From Yuukianura sp. NJ FZ-2021 (lineage: Eukaryota): a stretch of 64,000 nucleotides of DNA. The notes beneath the pieces are model-generated. The model saw only the letters and a list, made by a program, of their open reading frames with translations, was not told where the DNA came from and did no database searches. The position numbers and the translations under genes were made by a program. Where the stretch lies: the NCBI GenBank assembly GCA_046563655.1, contig CM102286.1, positions 1,240,001 to 1,304,000 on the forward strand. Direction: 5' to 3'. This document shows positions 60,788-64,000 of the stretch, in pieces. Numbering within the stretch: position 1 is the stretch's first letter; the number at the start of each line of letters is the position of its first letter.

Positions 60788-62365
60788 ATGGACACGATAG
60801 AGACCCAGATACAAGCTTTGGTGATTACTTTGAAGAGAGGGTAAGGAAAACTGAGGCCCTTTTTTAATAATGCTTTAGTAACTTCAACACGGTAGCTTAC
60901 CTCTGCAACTTGTACCTTTTGTTTTCTAGAAAATATCACAGTTCGAGGGAGTTGGCCACGAAGACGTTTCAGCTAATTGAAAATTACATCACCAATGGAT
61001 CATGGGTTACTGCTGGGTAATTTAACTGTTTTGAGCTTGAGGTTTGAGAAACCCAATGAGTACGATTTCTTTTGCTAATTACAATTCTTTGAACAGGGAA
61101 CTAATAAATTGGCTCAACTCCACGAGAAAAGTGTTGTCGCAAGCTGCAGTTTCGGAAACTGCACCAGGAAATATCATCCAGATGATATTGAAGACCGTAC
61201 AAGAACAATTTGCGTCAAGAACTGCTGTACGGGATTTTTAAAACTAATGCTTCTGTTAATTTGGTTATTGAATAGGGAATTTTTGTTTTTCAGAGCGTCG
61301 ACAAAAATCCAGCACTGCTACGAGTCGAATCGGAGGTTAAACCAGATTACAACGAAGAAATAGCAGAACTTCGATCAGACATATTGAACGCCATTCGCGA
61401 ATTGCTTTTTGACTTGGAGTCAAGGTATAACTTCTGTCCTACTGCTCAAAATCTATACGTTTTGGTTTGTGTTGAGTTCGTTTCCATAAAACTTCTTTTT
61501 AGCTCAAGGAACATTGCTGAAGACGCTGATAAGCATATTCACTCTAACGACGTTGTTTTGACGCTTGGAAAATCTCGTACAGTGGAAACGTTTTTGAAAC
61601 GAGCTGCCAAGAAAGCCTCATTTGAAGTTATCGTTTCAGAATGTGCTCCATTCAGACATGTAATTCCCCCATTCAGTTACACACGACACTCATTTCATTA
61701 ACGTTTCTTTATCGTTCTTTTTTTTTTTGTCACACAGGGTCACGATTTAGCCAAGAACCTCGCCAAAGCCAAAATCCAAACCACTTTGATCATGGACACA
61801 GCAGTATTTGCAATGATGTCTCGTGTCAACAAAGTAGTAATTGGAACTCACACGGTACTGGCTAACGGTGGTCTCAAGGCAATTGCTGGAAGTCACTTGG
61901 TAGCTTTAGCAGCCAAGTACTACAATGTTCCAGTGATTGTGCTCAGTCCTTTGTATAAACTGAGTCCAGAGTATCCTGGTTCGAATGACGTTAAAATCAA
62001 GAACCGTTTTGTCTCACCCGAGTCACTTGTGGACTACTCTGATGGTCTTTACGTCGACAGAGCACAAATCTACAATCCACTATTCGACTATGTCCCACCA
62101 GAACTTATTTCCCTCTTCATATTCAACATGTAAGTACATTTCAATTACTAATCGAAAGTTTACATTAGGGAGTTTGCGTTATAAACAGTTTATAGAATTT
62201 ATTCTATAAATTGTTTATAACGCAAACTCCCTATTAGCTTATTTAGCTTAAAAAAACTGAACTCGGACGTTTCTTTTCAGTGGGAGCCATGCACCATCAT
62301 ATATCTACAGACTGCTTCACGAAACTTATCCTCCGATTAACGATGAACAATTGCCTCAAGACTAA
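60788..62365 (+). CDS. EIF2B2: Translation initiation factor eIF-2B subunit beta
   Basis: HIHSNDVVLTLGKSRTVETFLK, VIVSECAP, DTAVFAMMSRVNKVVIGTHTVLANGGL, NPLFDYVPPELISLFI, APSYIYRLL. Confidence 0.95.
62167..62232. mobile_element. Fold-back (hairpin) element / tiny MITE in the last eIF2B-beta intron
   Basis: agggagtttgcgttataaacagtttatagaat followed by its reverse complement with one mismatch; flanked by ATT on both sides. Confidence 0.7.
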
Positions 62366-62509
62366 CGATAATCACAATTAACCTAAAAGTTGTGAAAGAT
62401 GGTATGGAATATAGATTTAACTGATTTAATTCTGTAACATACAAAGTTACTCAAAATTTAAGTTTAGCGTTAGTGTTCAGTTCAGTCTAATGTTTTCACT
62501 TACAATGTT

Positions 62510-64000
62510 TTAGTGGAGAGTTAAGCTAAAAATAGTGGTGGTCAAGGCCTGCAGTGCTTTCGTTGTTTCGTATTCCGGTGCGAGGTAATACATTTTGAGC
62601 CAGCCTGTATCTTCCCCAGCATAGAACCGAATCACACCCATGTTTTCCATTGAGTGCAAGAAGTTGCGAATGACGTCCGTTGTGATCAACTCCTCTGAAA
62701 ACACAGAGTGAAATACCGTATTTCCTTGCTTATAATACGCACTTATTTAATATCTTACCGTTTCGAAGAAATCCTTTTTTGAAACTGGTTTCGAGGCAAT
62801 CGAAAATATGTTTCCGAAGAGTCATGTCTTCTACTCCAAAAAACGTGTCTCCTCCAGGTCCACTTACTGCTGGAATCAGCACTGTCAACACTTCCGTTGC
62901 CACTCCGTAGAGATGTAAATAAGGCAGAACGAGACTTCGCTGGAACTTGAGTTTGTTCAATGCTTCGGAAGTATTGTTGACAGTAAGTCGGATGGAATGT
63001 GGTGTAACAATGATTGGATCGTCACCAGTTTCTGAGAGATCATCAAAGTGGTCAAACCACTCGTCCTGGGTGTGGGGATAGGCCTTCTTCGCCTGAAAGG
63101 TCAAAGGTCGAATAGGTCAATGCAGATTTGCTCAACATAGATTTAGTCCAAACTTCAAATCAACTCGTCAACTCACTCACCCCATCGAATTGCAGTTCGC
63201 CAAAATCTTTCATTTCCCAAAGCGTTTCGGTAATGACATCGGTCAAGTTTTTACACGGGCGATGCAACAGGAACTCTGACTTCAAGAGTTCGCCAATTTG
63301 AATTCCTTTGCAAATCACGTCACTCTCTTCAACTGAAATGGCATTGGATCGGGTAAAAGTGAGATCAGCATACATCCAAACGGAGGGTTGAACAACATTG
63401 AACAGAGCAGTTGCTAAAAGCAGAAGAACCATACGTAAAAATGATAAAACCCGAAGTTTAAACAGTTTCAAACAGTTTTAAACAATTTTTACCTGTTATG
63501 CCACGACGTGCAAACAAAGCTACAATGTGGTTTGCATAATAATTTAGTTTGAGCAATGCGGATTTTTTGGAGCAAGGTTTGAGCCAAACCTTGCCATCTT
63601 TCTTGTATTTCTGGATACATTCAGCACCCAACAGAGCAACCTAACAAACACCCATTTTCAGCGATTTTTGCAATTAGTAATTAAGTAATAAGATAATTTC
63701 AATGATATGCTTACAGATCTTTCAACAACATCCAAAGTTTCGTCAGCTGTGAATCCAAGGTCATGTTTATGAATTGTACGAATTTCAACTTCCAGAATAT
63801 CGAATTCCAAAACAAATCGGTCCATATCGACACCATCACGAAACTTTTTGAGAAGTAGGAACGATACCAAGTGGGTACACATGAAAACCGTAGATTTGTA
63901 GGCATCTGAATCAATTAATTGAAGCAAATCGTGAAAAATGGTGCATATGTTATCGAATTAATTATTATTAATTAATGTTAGGCTAATTAAATTTGAAAAA
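62510..64000 (-). CDS. GPAM: Mitochondrial glycerol-3-phosphate acyltransferase (GPAT1/GPAM-like), 3' portion
   Basis: STVFMCTHLVSFLLLKKFRDGV, HDLGF, LNYYANHIVALF and LLKSEF..HRPC resemble the GPAT1 C-terminal domain; the catalytic region lies beyond the window. Confidence 0.7.

Overview
AT-rich, gene-dense eukaryotic genomic DNA with many short GT-AG introns. The gene content is arthropod-like; a hexapod such as a springtail is an inference, not verified. In order, the window contains: two tandem copies of an unusual secreted protein fusing a vitellogenin/large-lipid-transfer N-terminal domain to a berberine-bridge-enzyme (BBE/AA7)-like flavin oxidase; a ChaC gamma-glutamylcyclotransferase gene with two alternative duplicated 3' exons; HEATR5; PAM16; NFRKB; an epoxide-hydrolase-like protein lacking its nucleophile; a SMYD methyltransferase; two gustatory-receptor-like genes, the first carrying a very young, pol-less Gypsy-type LTR element in an intron; kazrin; four tandem GXYLT/GT8 genes, one with a nonsense codon; an alpha-carbonic anhydrase; d4/DPF; eIF2B-beta; and the 3' part of mitochondrial GPAT. 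Several MITEs, intronic minisatellites and candidate microexons are also visible. The top candidate for a novel system is the duplicated vitellogenin-N::BBE-oxidase fusion gene. All exon models were read by eye and need RNA-seq confirmation.
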